Shown piece by piece: positions 34,009-43,474 of a stretch of DNA of 64,000 nucleotides. The DNA comes from Gammaproteobacteria bacterium (GTDB lineage: Bacteria; Pseudomonadota; Gammaproteobacteria; Eutrophobiales; Eutrophobiaceae), in the NCBI GenBank assembly GCA_965222155.1, contig CBDCTH010000012.1, positions 1,248,001 through 1,312,000 of the forward strand, given 5' to 3'. The notes below the pieces were generated by a model, which saw nothing but the letters and a program-made list of their open reading frames with translations, was not told the origin of the DNA and did not search any database. Both the position numbers and the translations under genes were made by a program. The stretch's first letter is position 1. Each line of letters begins with the position of its first letter.

Positions 34009-35868
34009 GTGTGCCACGAACATCAGCGGGGACGCTGATGGAGCTGTGTTGAAGATGGGAGTGTGGCCTCCCGGAGTCGGCCTGCAGGGGCAGGCTCCAA
34101 ACCACCGCCTGCTGCTGCGTGTAAGAGACGTGGTGGTGAGCGATGAGGAAAAGGCGGCAATAAAGCCGTCAGGTGAGTGATGAGAAGATGCGCGCGAGCG
34201 AACCGCTGATGACGCATCGAAATGGGGTCAAGACGCGGTCAAAACGGGTGCCGGTCAGTAGCACCCGGATAAGTGTGGACGGTGCCTGCGTACGCTCTGC
34301 GCGCCACCCGGTGATTAGGCGGCATGCTCGCATCACAGGCGTCAACACGGCACGTGGGCACCTGGCATGGGGTGGTAAGGAAAAGCCACAAGTGGCTCAC
34401 ACCACGAGGGAGAATACCGATACCCATGACAGGGTCGGAGCAACCCGTAGTAGTGCCGAAGGGGCGGTAATGGCGCTGGAGCGAAGGGGTTGCGTTATCC
34501 AGTCTGAGCCGTCACATCAACCGGGCCGAGCGGGAGGAGTGTGAGGGGTTCAGACAAACCGTTACCGGTCACCAGGCGCAGGGTCTGGGAGGCCTATACG
34601 TGGGTGAACGGGAAGGGAAAAGCGGCGGGCGTCGAGGGCCAGCGCCTCGCTGACGTTGCTCAGGACCTTGAGACTAACCTGTACAAGTTGTGGAATCGGC
34701 TGGCGTCGGGCAGTTACTTCCCGCCACCGGTACGGCGTGTAGCGATTCCCAAGGCCGCGGGCGGGGGCCGACCGCTGGGTAGTCCGACGGTCTCGGACCG
34801 CATGGCACAGAGGGTGGTCAAGCAGTATCTGGAGCCGGAGTGGGAGGTACTGTTCGACTCTGATTCCTACGGCTTCGGACCGGGCAAATCGGCCCATCAA
34901 GCGGTGGAGCAGGCGCGTAGGCGCGGCTGGGAATAGGACGGGGTCGTAGACCTCGACATGAAAGGCTTTTATGACACGATTGACCAGGAGCTGCTGAGGC
35001 GTGCGGTTCGCCGGCACACCCAGGAGAACGGGGTGCTGAGCTACATCGAACGATGGCTGAAAGCGCCGGTGGAAGTACCCGAGGGGTCAAGTCAGGAAAG
35101 ACTGACCGGCACGCTGCAAGGCGGGGTGGTCAGTCCGCTGCGGGCGAATGTGTGTCTGCATTATGCGTTGGACCAATGGCTGCGACGGAGTTACCCGAAC
35201 GTCCCGGTCGAGCGCTATGCTGATGACGCTGTTTGCCATTGCCGCACGCGGTGGCAGGCGGAGAAGCTGAAGTCGGCGCTGGAGGAGCGATGTGCCACCT
35301 GCCAGTTGACGCTACACCCGGAGAAGACCCAGGTGGTCTACTGCCAGGACAGCAATCGACGGGGGTCTTAGTCCCACCTCCGGTTCACCTTTCTTGGCTG
35401 TTGCTTCCGACCGCGCAGGGCAAAGAACCGTTGGGGGAAGCTCTTGACCAACTTCCTGCCGGCGGTAAGCCCGCAAGCACTCAAACGGATGCGGGCCCGA
35501 ATACGGAGGTGGCGCGTGCCGCAGCATGCGCCATGACCGCTGGAAGATAGTGCGCGTAGTCTCAATCCCGTTCTACGGGGCTGGGATCAGTACGACGGGC
35601 GATGCTACCCCACAGAGATGTGGACACTGTTCAAGTACGTTGACGAGCGACTCGGGGCCTGGCGCCGAAGGAAGTATAAGTCGCGCAAAGAGCACCGCGG
35701 GCGTAGCCGGCGGAGAGTGAACAACCGGGCCCGGCGAAACCCGTATCTTGTTGTCCATTGGGAACGACTTGGTCATGCAACGGTTGGATAACAAGAGCCG
35801 GATGAATCGAGAGATTCACGTTCGGTTCTGTGAGGGGCTGGGGGTGAAACTCCCCCGGTCTACTCGAC
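34009..35868 (+). mobile_element. Group II intron (RmInt1-like)
   Basis: 5' GTGTG; domain V GAGCCGGATGAATCGAGAGATTCACGTTCGGTTC at 35795-35828; domain VI ending AC; removal restores the transposase frame ENPYWQSVCG. Confidence 0.9.
34541..35791 (+). pseudogene. Group II intron reverse transcriptase/maturase, disrupted
   Basis: NLYKLWNR..SGSYFPPPVRRV.IPK, QGGVVSP and ERYADD; in-frame stops at 34934 and 35369 plus a later frameshift. Confidence 0.9.
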
Positions 35869-37430
35869 AGTCTGTCTGCGGGGCGGTGTACGTTCAGCAT
35901 GAGGCGCCGGTCGACCCGAGCAGCCTGACGCGCTGTCGCCGACGCATTGGGGAGTCGGGGTGTGCGCGGATTTTACAGGTGACGGTGGTGGCGGGGGTGC
36001 AGAGCAAGGCAGTGAAGACGACGGACTTCAAACGGGTGACGGTGGATACCACGGTACAGGAGATAAGCGGTGAGTTATGCGACCGACAGCAAGTTGCTGA
36101 ATCGGTCACGAGCGCGTCGGGTACGGTGATGTCGCAAGCAGGGGGTCACAGTACGTCAGAGCACTGCCCGCCAGGGACCCAAGGCGCTGCAACAGGCCAA
36201 TCGCTACGGTCATGCCAAACAGTATCGGCGGCTGCGGCGCGAGGTGAAGCGATTACGCACCTCCCCCTGCTCAACTCCATACAGGGGCAGGCTCTGGGGC
36301 GGGTGGTGCGTGACAGTGAGCGTAACACCGCGGGCAATCCGGCACAGCAGCGTATCTTTGCCGATGAATTGGCCTTAGCCAAGCGGCTGCTGGCGCAGCA
36401 GAAACAGGATAAACACAAGCTGTACAGCCTGCACGACCCGGAGGTGGAATGTATCAGTAAAGGGAAGGCGCACAAGCGGTATGAATTCGGGGTGAAGGCG
36501 AGTATTGCCACCACGAACAAGAGTAACTTCGTGGTGGGGGGTATGGCCTTGCCGGGCAGTCCGTATGACGGGCACACCTTGAAGGAAGCCCTGGCACAGG
36601 TGCGGCGCTTGACCGGGACGAGTATTGATGAGGCGTTTGTGGACAAGGGGCTATCGGGGGCATGATGAAACGGCGAGTACGGTGTATATCTCCGGGCAGA
36701 AGCGCGGCATTAAAACCCAACGATTGAAACGGTCGCTCAAGCGCCGCCAGGCAATTGAACCGGTCATCGGTCATTTGAAAGCCGACGGGCTGTTAGGGCG
36801 CAATCACCTGAACGGGACACAAGGCGACCAATTAAATGTCCTGTTGAGTTGTGCTGGCCACAACCTGCGCCTGATCCTGAGACGACTCAGGTTTTTTTGT
36901 CTCGAAAAAAGGATACTTATACTGGCTTGGCTCCGCGTGTTGGTGCCCGCAGAGCGTCTGTCAGGCATCGGCACACAGTTGAACCAAAAGCTGGCTGGTC
37001 TGGCTCCGCTACCGACGCCCATAATGGCAGCCTGAAATCGGGTTTTTCAGGATCGACTAACTATTTGTTCCAGTTCAGTTTATGTGCCATATGCGCCTGT
37101 TATTTCCCCTTACCCCCCCTTTTTGCAATCAAAATCAAGGTGGTAACATCCCCATGCCAGTTTGATGATATTACTCTCCTGATTCGCTGTAGTCTGCTTG
37201 TGCAACGTCTGATACTTCTTCCTTAAAGTCCTTTTGTGGCGTATGAAAATCGCTGTTTAAGCCTATTGAAAGCACGTCTTTTGTAACAGTTTCCCTTTAT
37301 TATCAGTAGGCTCCGTCAGGCTGGACTGGTCTGACCCTATACTGGTATCACACATTAAAGGGAACCTCTATTTATTTAGCCCATGATATAATATCGGTGA
37401 CTGATTTCAACACGTTGGTATGGAGATGCT

Positions 37431-37875
37431 ATGAAGACACAAGACCTGTTCGGTTCCTTTTTTGACCCTCAAGACAAACGACTGGCTAAACTGGGTGATC
37501 CGTTACTGCGCTTAGCGGAGACGGTAGACTGGGAGCAGTTTCGGCCGCTGTTGGAGCAGGTCAAGCCATCGGTGCGCAAGAGCAATGCGGGGGCGCCGCG
37601 GCGGGATGTGGTGCTGATGTTCAAGGGGTTGGTGATACAGGATTTGTACGGATTGAGTGATGAACAGTTGGAGTATCAGATTGAGGACCAGCGTAGTTTT
37701 CAGCGATTTTTGGGGTTGGACAGTTATCGTCGGGCACCGGATGCGAAGACGTTCTGGGCGTTTCGGGAGCGGCTGGTGGCGTTAGGGCTGATGGGAGATT
37801 TGTTTGAGCAGTTTGCAGGGCAGTTACAGGGTTTGGGGTATCGGGCACGCAAGGGGCAGTTGGTAGATGCCTATC
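37431..37875 (+). pseudogene. IS5-family transposase N-terminal fragment
   Basis: LAKLGDPL.RL...VDWE.FRP.L, MFK.LV.Q.LY.LSDEQ.EYQI.D..SF.RFLG and GQLVDA, then the ORF runs into the repeat. Confidence 0.85.
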
Positions 37876-38939
37876 GGGCGCTCAGGATAGGGTCGGACCC
37901 GCCTAACTATTTGTTCCAGTTCAGTTTATGTGCCATATGCGCCTGTTATTTCCCCTTACCCCCCCTTTTTGCCATCAAAATCAAGGTGGTAACATCCCCA
38001 TGCCAGTTTGATGATATTACTCTCCTGATTCGCTGTAGTCTGCTTGTGCAACGTCTGATACTTCCTCCTTAAAGTCCTTTTTTGGCGTATGAAAATCGCT
38101 GTTTAAGCCTATTGAAAGCACGTCTTTTGTAACAGTTTCCCTTTATTATCAGTAGGCTCCGTCAGGCTGGACTGGTCTGACCCTATACTGTAAACTAAAA
38201 CCATGGCACACCGCAAAAAAATGAACATCCGTGACCTGAACCGCAACCAACTGATCAAAACCAGCACGGCAAACTCCGTATGCAAATCCGGCACGAACTA
38301 CAGCACAACGAACACCCTTTTTAACCAGTACAAACCCAATCCGGTCCACACTCTGCTATAAACCATGAACATCCCTTTTTTGCATCGGCCCTCTTCATCA
38401 GTTTACTGGTTGCGATCAGACATCAAACACCTCAGAGATGATTTGAAAGAACGTCTGGACAAACAGGAGGAACGATTAAGTGATCTCTCACCCAGGTAGC
38501 TGCGCTCAAAGCCACGATAGAAACATTCTTCCGGGTCCGAATTATCCGCCGCCATCGCCGGAAAAACACGACCAGGCCGCCTGACCTCGCCGTCAAGACC
38601 AACAAAACACACGCAACCTCTCAACCGGCCCGACACCGACAATAAACACCGCGCGCCGCACCCTGCCTGCGGGCGCTCAGGATAGGGTCGGACCCGCCTA
38701 ACTATTTGTTCCAGTTCAGTTTATGTGCCAATGCGCCTGTTACCTTACCCCCCCTTTTTGCCATCAAAATCAAGGTGGTAACATCCCCATGCCAGTTTGA
38801 TGATATTACTCTCCTGATTCGCTGTAGTCTGCTGCAACGTCTGACAGTCCTTTTTTGGCGTATGAAAACTGTTTAAGCCTATTGAAAGCACGTCTTTTGT
38901 AACAGTTTCCCTTTATTATCAGTATCCGTCAGGCTGACT

Positions 38940-39392
38940 CGTATTTCACAGCAAAGCTGCCACCGATTACACGGCAAAGCTGCCACCCCCAAGCAGGTAG
39001 ATAACCGGCGCGTTTGACGTGGATAACCAAGGGTATCTGTCCTTATTTCTACTGAAACAGGTAGATGCGCTCAAATGGTTGTCCATGAGAAAGATAAAAG
39101 ACGTATTACGCCTGTGCTGGAGACATAGCAAACACAGGAGTTGTGGCATCTTCAGCCGAGATTGATTTGGAAAGCCCCAACCTGGTCACACATTCATCGG
39201 GAAACCGGAATGAACGATCACCCGCAAGGCTATCAACGGATCGTCAGGCTGGTACGCCAGGTAGCCTGCGCTCAAAGCCAACCGGGGAAGTCGTGAGGCA
39301 GAGGTGTTTGTGGCAGCGCTGGGCGCGTCGAACTACACCTATGCCGAGGCCACCTGGACCCAGGGCCTGGAAGATTGGATCGGCGCCCACGT
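38940..39392 (+). pseudogene. IS21-family (istA) remnant
   Basis: MRKIKDVLRL and [32 protein letters not shown] fragments; repeated GCAAAGCTGCCACC end motif. Confidence 0.75.
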
Positions 39393-40007
39393 CTTCCGGG
39401 TCCGAATTGATCCGCCGCCATCGCCGGAAAAACACGACCAGGCCGCCTGACCTCGCCGTCAAAGACCAACAAAACACACGCAACAACCGGCCTCTGCCAC
39501 CGACAATAAATACCGCCGAGTGGAAGCAGGCGCGGGATCGACTACACCGACAATAAACACCGCGCGCCGCACCCTGCCTGCGGGCGCTCAGGATAGGGTC
39601 GGACCCGCCTAACTATTTGTTCCAGTTCAGTTTATGTGCCATATGCGCCAGTTGTTATTTCCCCTTACCCCCCCTCGCCGAGCAGACCGAGTTTTGCCAT
39701 CAAAATCAAGGTGGTAACATCCCCATGCCAGTTTGATGATATTACTCTCCTGATTCGCTGTAGTCTGCTTGTGCAACGTCTGATACTTCCTCCTTAAAGT
39801 CCTTTTTTGGACTCCTCCAGGACAACGTATCGCCAAGGGCTTAAAGTCCTTTTTTGGCTGTTTAAGTTTAAGCCTATTGAAAGCACGTCTTTTGTAACAG
39901 TTTCCCTTTATTATCAGTAGGCTCCGTCAGGCTGGACTGGTCTGACCCTATACTGGTGACCCTATACTGGTATCGATAGCAGCGGCAGGTCTTATCTCCT
40001 GTATGGG

Positions 40008-40054
40008 TTGACATCTGTACGTTCATTACATATTATATTGTTATTAACGAACAG
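40008..40054 (+). promoter_or_regulatory. abiE promoter with an inverted-repeat operator
   Basis: TTGACA-N17-TATTAT; imperfect inverted repeat CTGTACGTTCATTACA / TGTTATTAACGAACAG. AbiEi proteins are known to autorepress through such repeats. Confidence 0.65.
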
Positions 40055-40075
40055 TTATCAGGGTGTTTAAATTCC

Positions 40076-40612
40076 ATGAACCAGGTCCGTGCCATTCACC
40101 GGTTAACGGCTCAGGACAGGCAGGGCAGGCAGGTATTCACTCATCGCGACCTCGCCACACTGTTCCCTGAGGACAACCCGCGCACGCTTCAGGCCGGCCT
40201 GGACAGGCTTGTCAAAAACGGTGTGCTGGTGCGCGCCGTGAACGGGGTCTATATCAATGCATTGTCGGCCGGCGGGTTTACTCACACGCTGGAAAACATT
40301 GCCAAGGCGATGCGCCGGGGCGAATACAGCTATGTCAGCCTCGAGTCCGCGTTATCCGAGTATGGGGTGATCTCGCAGATTCCGATGCGCCTGACCATCA
40401 TGACCACCGGTCGAAAAGGCGAGGTCACTACCTCATTCGGCACCATTGAGTTCACGCACACGGCACGCCCAGTGCATGACATTCTTGATGATATTCACGA
40501 TGTCGGCAGGCCGCTCAGACTGGCCGGCAAGCACAAGGCCTGTCGCGACCTCAGGCGGGTGGGGCGCAATACAGAACTTATTGATGAGGAGATGCTCCAT
40601 GAAAGTGACTGA
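40076..40612 (+). CDS. Type IV TA antitoxin, AbiEi-like
   Basis: Winged-HTH start (L.RLVK.G.L.R...GVY) and SYVSLESALSEYGVISQIP. Confidence 0.88.
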   Translation: MNQVRAIHRLTAQDRQGRQVFTHRDLATLFPEDNPRTLQAGLDRLVKNGVLVRAVNGVYINALSAGGFTHTLENIAKAMRRGEYSYVSLESALSEYGVISQIPMRLTIMTTGRKGEVTTSFGTIEFTHTARPVHDILDDIHDVGRPLRLAGKHKACRDLRRVGRNTELIDEEMLHESD

Positions 40613-41528
40613 GGTGGATTTCGACACACTGGTTGACAGGGCAATGAGTGACCCGCATGTTGCCGACATGGGTCCCGTCATTCGAAAGGAACTGTTGCAC
40701 TACGACATTCTGTTCTGTCTGGCTCAGTCCGGTATGCTGGATGATCTGGTCTTTCAGGGCGGCACATCATTACGCTTATGCTACGGTTCCAGGCGTTACA
40801 GCGAGGACCTGGATTTTGTGGGCGGCAGGGGGTTTACATCATCCGCCCTCAAAGACATGAAAAATTCTCTTGAAGATTATCTTGTTGCCCGGTACGGATT
40901 AGAGGTCACGGTTAAAGAACCCCCGGTTCTGAGGCAGGAACCGGATTATTCAGCGCTGAAAGTTGACAAGTGGCAAATATCAGTCGTGACCTATCCCGGA
41001 CGCCGTGACCTGCCCAGGCAACGCATCAAGATTGAGGTGGCCAACATTCCTGCCTACACGAGAGAAGTACTTCCATTGAGGAAAAACCACCCGTATTTGC
41101 CGGACGGCTACGATGATATCCTAATCGCCGTAGAGTCACTTGATGAGATTATGGCTGATAAGTTAGTGTCGCTTGCAGCGGCGGAGCATGTGCGCCATCG
41201 CGATATCTGGGATCTGTCGTGGCTGCAGCAACAGGGGGCCGGTATTCGATCTGATCTGGTAATGAGTAAGATTGATGACTACCGGGTAACCGGTTATCCG
41301 GCTCTGGTTGACAACATCATTGACCGATGCCCTTCTATCATAGATGGAGATTCCTTTCAAAATCAGATGAGACGGTTCCTGCCGACCGACATCCACAAGC
41401 AGACTCTGGGCAAGAACAGGCACAGGGGGGCACTGGCCGTTTCAATAACCGATTTGTATAAGGAGCTCAAACAGCGCTTGCTTGATGAGACAGACGACAA
41501 CGACGGCGGGGAGCAGTCACTTTCCTGA
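40599..41528 (+). CDS. Type IV TA toxin, AbiEii nucleotidyltransferase
   Basis: FQGGTSLRLCYG..RYSEDLDF, MADKLV and RHRDIWDL; the likely start at 40599 overlaps abiEi. Confidence 0.92.
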   Translation: MKVTEVDFDTLVDRAMSDPHVADMGPVIRKELLHYDILFCLAQSGMLDDLVFQGGTSLRLCYGSRRYSEDLDFVGGRGFTSSALKDMKNSLEDYLVARYGLEVTVKEPPVLRQEPDYSALKVDKWQISVVTYPGRRDLPRQRIKIEVANIPAYTREVLPLRKNHPYLPDGYDDILIAVESLDEIMADKLVSLAAAEHVRHRDIWDLSWLQQQGAGIRSDLVMSKIDDYRVTGYPALVDNIIDRCPSIIDGDSFQNQMRRFLPTDIHKQTLGKNRHRGALAVSITDLYKELKQRLLDETDDNDGGEQSLS

Positions 41529-41677
41529 ATTTGGGAACGCCTAGCTCTCCGCCATAGGCGTTCAAAATATACTGGCATAACAACAGGCCAGTCCCACCAT
41601 TTCCAATATTGTGATATAATGCACAATATACTTCACATAAACGTTAATAATGTCTATAATAGTGTTTGTTATAACTA

Positions 41678-42016
41678 TTGTATCAACCTGTAATCAGTAT
41701 GAATCAGACACCAAATAAAGCCTATCACATGTCCATACATGTCAAGCGTGCATTACGTGAACTGGGCGATGATATCCGCAAGGCCAGACTACGCAGGCGC
41801 CTGCCGATGGCTGTTGTCGCCGAACGCGCATCTATCAGCCGCGCCACGCTTACCAAAATTGAACGGGGCGACGGTGGTGTTGCGCTGGGCAACTACGCAA
41901 TGGTGCTTCATGCCTTGGGGCTACTTGAAGGTTTGCGTGAATTGGCTGCTTCAACGAATGACATAGTAGGACTTGCACTAGAGGAAGAGAAGTTGCCGCG
42001 CAGGGTACGCATGTAA
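41678..42016 (+). CDS. XRE-family HTH antitoxin (HipB-like)
   Basis: LG..IR.ARLRR.L....VAERA.ISR.TL.KIE.GD..V; upstream of hipA. Confidence 0.85.
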   Translation: MYQPVISMNQTPNKAYHMSIHVKRALRELGDDIRKARLRRRLPMAVVAERASISRATLTKIERGDGGVALGNYAMVLHALGLLEGLRELAASTNDIVGLALEEEKLPRRVRM

Positions 42017-42033
42017 CGACAGTAGGAACCAAC

Positions 42034-43365
42034 ATGAATGAAGTGTACGTGTATGCTGATCTGGAAGGTGCGCCGCAATTTGTCGGACGTCTGTGGACAC
42101 GTTCGCGCAAATACCATGAAGCCGCATCATTTGAGTACGATAAAACGTGGCTGTCATCAATTCAAAGATTTGCTCTGGAACCGGCACTGGCGCTCGGTAA
42201 AGGAGCGTACCATACCAATCAATCAGAACGGATGTTTGGCGCCATGGGCGACTCGGCGCCAGATCGTTGGGGTCGCTCACTCATGCGGCGCGCCGAAAAC
42301 AAGCGGGCAAGGAAAGCAGGCGAGACACAACGCACATTGATGGAACGGGACTATCTTCTTGGAGTCAATGATATGGCCAGGCAGGGTGCCCTGCGGTTTG
42401 CAGAGAAGCAGGGGGGACCGTATCTGTCAGAACCTGACGGCGGGCGGGGAGGTGCCATACCCCCCCTTATTTTTCTGCCTCGCCTGCTTGCTGCATCAGA
42501 CAACATCATCAATGAGACGGAAAGCGATGATGACCTGAACCTGCTGCTGGCACCCGGGGCGTCATTGGGCGGTGCGCGTCCCAAGGCTTCAGTCTTGGAC
42601 AGGGATGGTCATTTGTTGATCGCCAAGTTCCCGCGCGGGGATGATGAACATAACAAGGTTTTGTGGGAAGCTGTTGCGCTGGAACTCGCCAAAAAAGCCG
42701 GTGTTCCTGTACCGGATTACGAGGTAACATATGTTGCTGAAAAACCTGTTCTGCTAGTCCGCCGTTTTGACAGAAATGCCGGTACCCGAGTCCCGTATTT
42801 ATCCGCCATGAGCATGCTTGGCGCACAGGACCATGAACATCACAGTTATCTGGAAATAGTTGATGCGCTTCGTCAGCATGGCGCCGAAGCGCGCGCGGAC
42901 ATTGCCCAATTATGGCGTCGTATCGTCTATAACGTGATGGTGACGAATACGGATGATCACTTGCGCAACCATGGTTTTTTATACCAGAAACAAACCGGTT
43001 GGAGGTTGTCGCCTGCGTTTGATCTCAATCCTAGGCCAATTGATGCGGGTCACCGCATACTAACGACAGCGATTGACCTTGATGATAACGAGGCATCTCT
43101 GGCACTGGCATTACGCGTAGCAGGGCATTTTGAGTTGACCCTTAATGACGCCATAGAAACAGCCCGTGAGGTGGCTCAGGCAGTATCCAAATGGCGAGAT
43201 GTGGCTACCAAATTCAAATTATCCAGACAAGAGATTGGGCGCATGTCTTCAGCGTTTGAACATCGGCATCTTCAAGATGCGCTGAACAATTCAGTGACAT
43301 CATCCCATTCTTTTCCTAGCGAAACCACGGAAAGAAAAGATATCAACAAACCACCAAAGAGATAG
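42034..43365 (+). CDS. hipA: HipA-family kinase toxin
   Basis: DSAPDRWG, SLGGARPKA, AKFP, RRFDR, NTDDHLRNHGF and LSPAFDLNP. Confidence 0.93.
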   Translation: MNEVYVYADLEGAPQFVGRLWTRSRKYHEAASFEYDKTWLSSIQRFALEPALALGKGAYHTNQSERMFGAMGDSAPDRWGRSLMRRAENKRARKAGETQRTLMERDYLLGVNDMARQGALRFAEKQGGPYLSEPDGGRGGAIPPLIFLPRLLAASDNIINETESDDDLNLLLAPGASLGGARPKASVLDRDGHLLIAKFPRGDDEHNKVLWEAVALELAKKAGVPVPDYEVTYVAEKPVLLVRRFDRNAGTRVPYLSAMSMLGAQDHEHHSYLEIVDALRQHGAEARADIAQLWRRIVYNVMVTNTDDHLRNHGFLYQKQTGWRLSPAFDLNPRPIDAGHRILTTAIDLDDNEASLALALRVAGHFELTLNDAIETAREVAQAVSKWRDVATKFKLSRQEIGRMSSAFEHRHLQDALNNSVTSSHSFPSETTERKDINKPPKR

Positions 43366-43474
43366 CTGTTATGCCAGTATATTTTGAACGCCTAGCTCTC
43401 CGCCATAGGCGTTCAGAATTTACTGGCAAAATTAAAAATGGTATTATTTCTTATATATTACAAGGAGTTATGCC

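Larger units (their letters stand above)
33588..37057 (+). mobile_element. IS5-family insertion sequence (degenerate), interrupted by a group II intron
   Basis: TIRs GTCGTCCCTGAATAACCC / GGGTTTTTCAGGATCGAC; transposase motifs VENPYW, VDTTVQE, KLYSLH.PEVECISKGKAHK.YEFG.K and RRQAIEPVIGHLK spread over several frames. Confidence 0.88.
37058..39970 (+). repeat. Four co-oriented copies of a ~300-bp element (37058-37339 partial, 37888-38185, 38683-38937 degenerate, 39594-39950 degenerate)
   Basis: Shared body TAACTATTTGTTCCAGTTCAGTTTATGTGCC...; ends TAGGGTCGGACC / GGTCTGACCCTA. Confidence 0.85.
33222..41543. mobile_element. tRNA-Ser-targeted TIR element, unit 1
   Basis: Ends TAGGTGTTACGAAATT / AATTTGGGAACGCCTA; CTCTCCGCCA on both sides (33212-33221 and 41545-41554). 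Confidence 0.75.
41555..43394. mobile_element. tRNA-Ser-targeted TIR element, unit 2 (non-autonomous, HipBA cargo)
   Basis: Perfect 28-bp TIR TAGGCGTTCAAAATATACTGGCATAACA; flanked by GCTCTCCGCCA at 41544-41554 and 43395-43405. Confidence 0.88.

Noticed and set aside
34541-35791. This reverse transcriptase as the DGR enzyme for the kinase VRs
   Set aside because: It lies within clear group II intron boundaries (domains V and VI), resembles RmInt1-type maturases, is disrupted, and has no template repeat or avd gene beside it.
37058-39970. Integron cassette array or CRISPR-like array
   Set aside because: The repeats are ~300 bp, no attC-type ends were recognised, no integrase or cas genes are present, and the intervals share sequence with each other.
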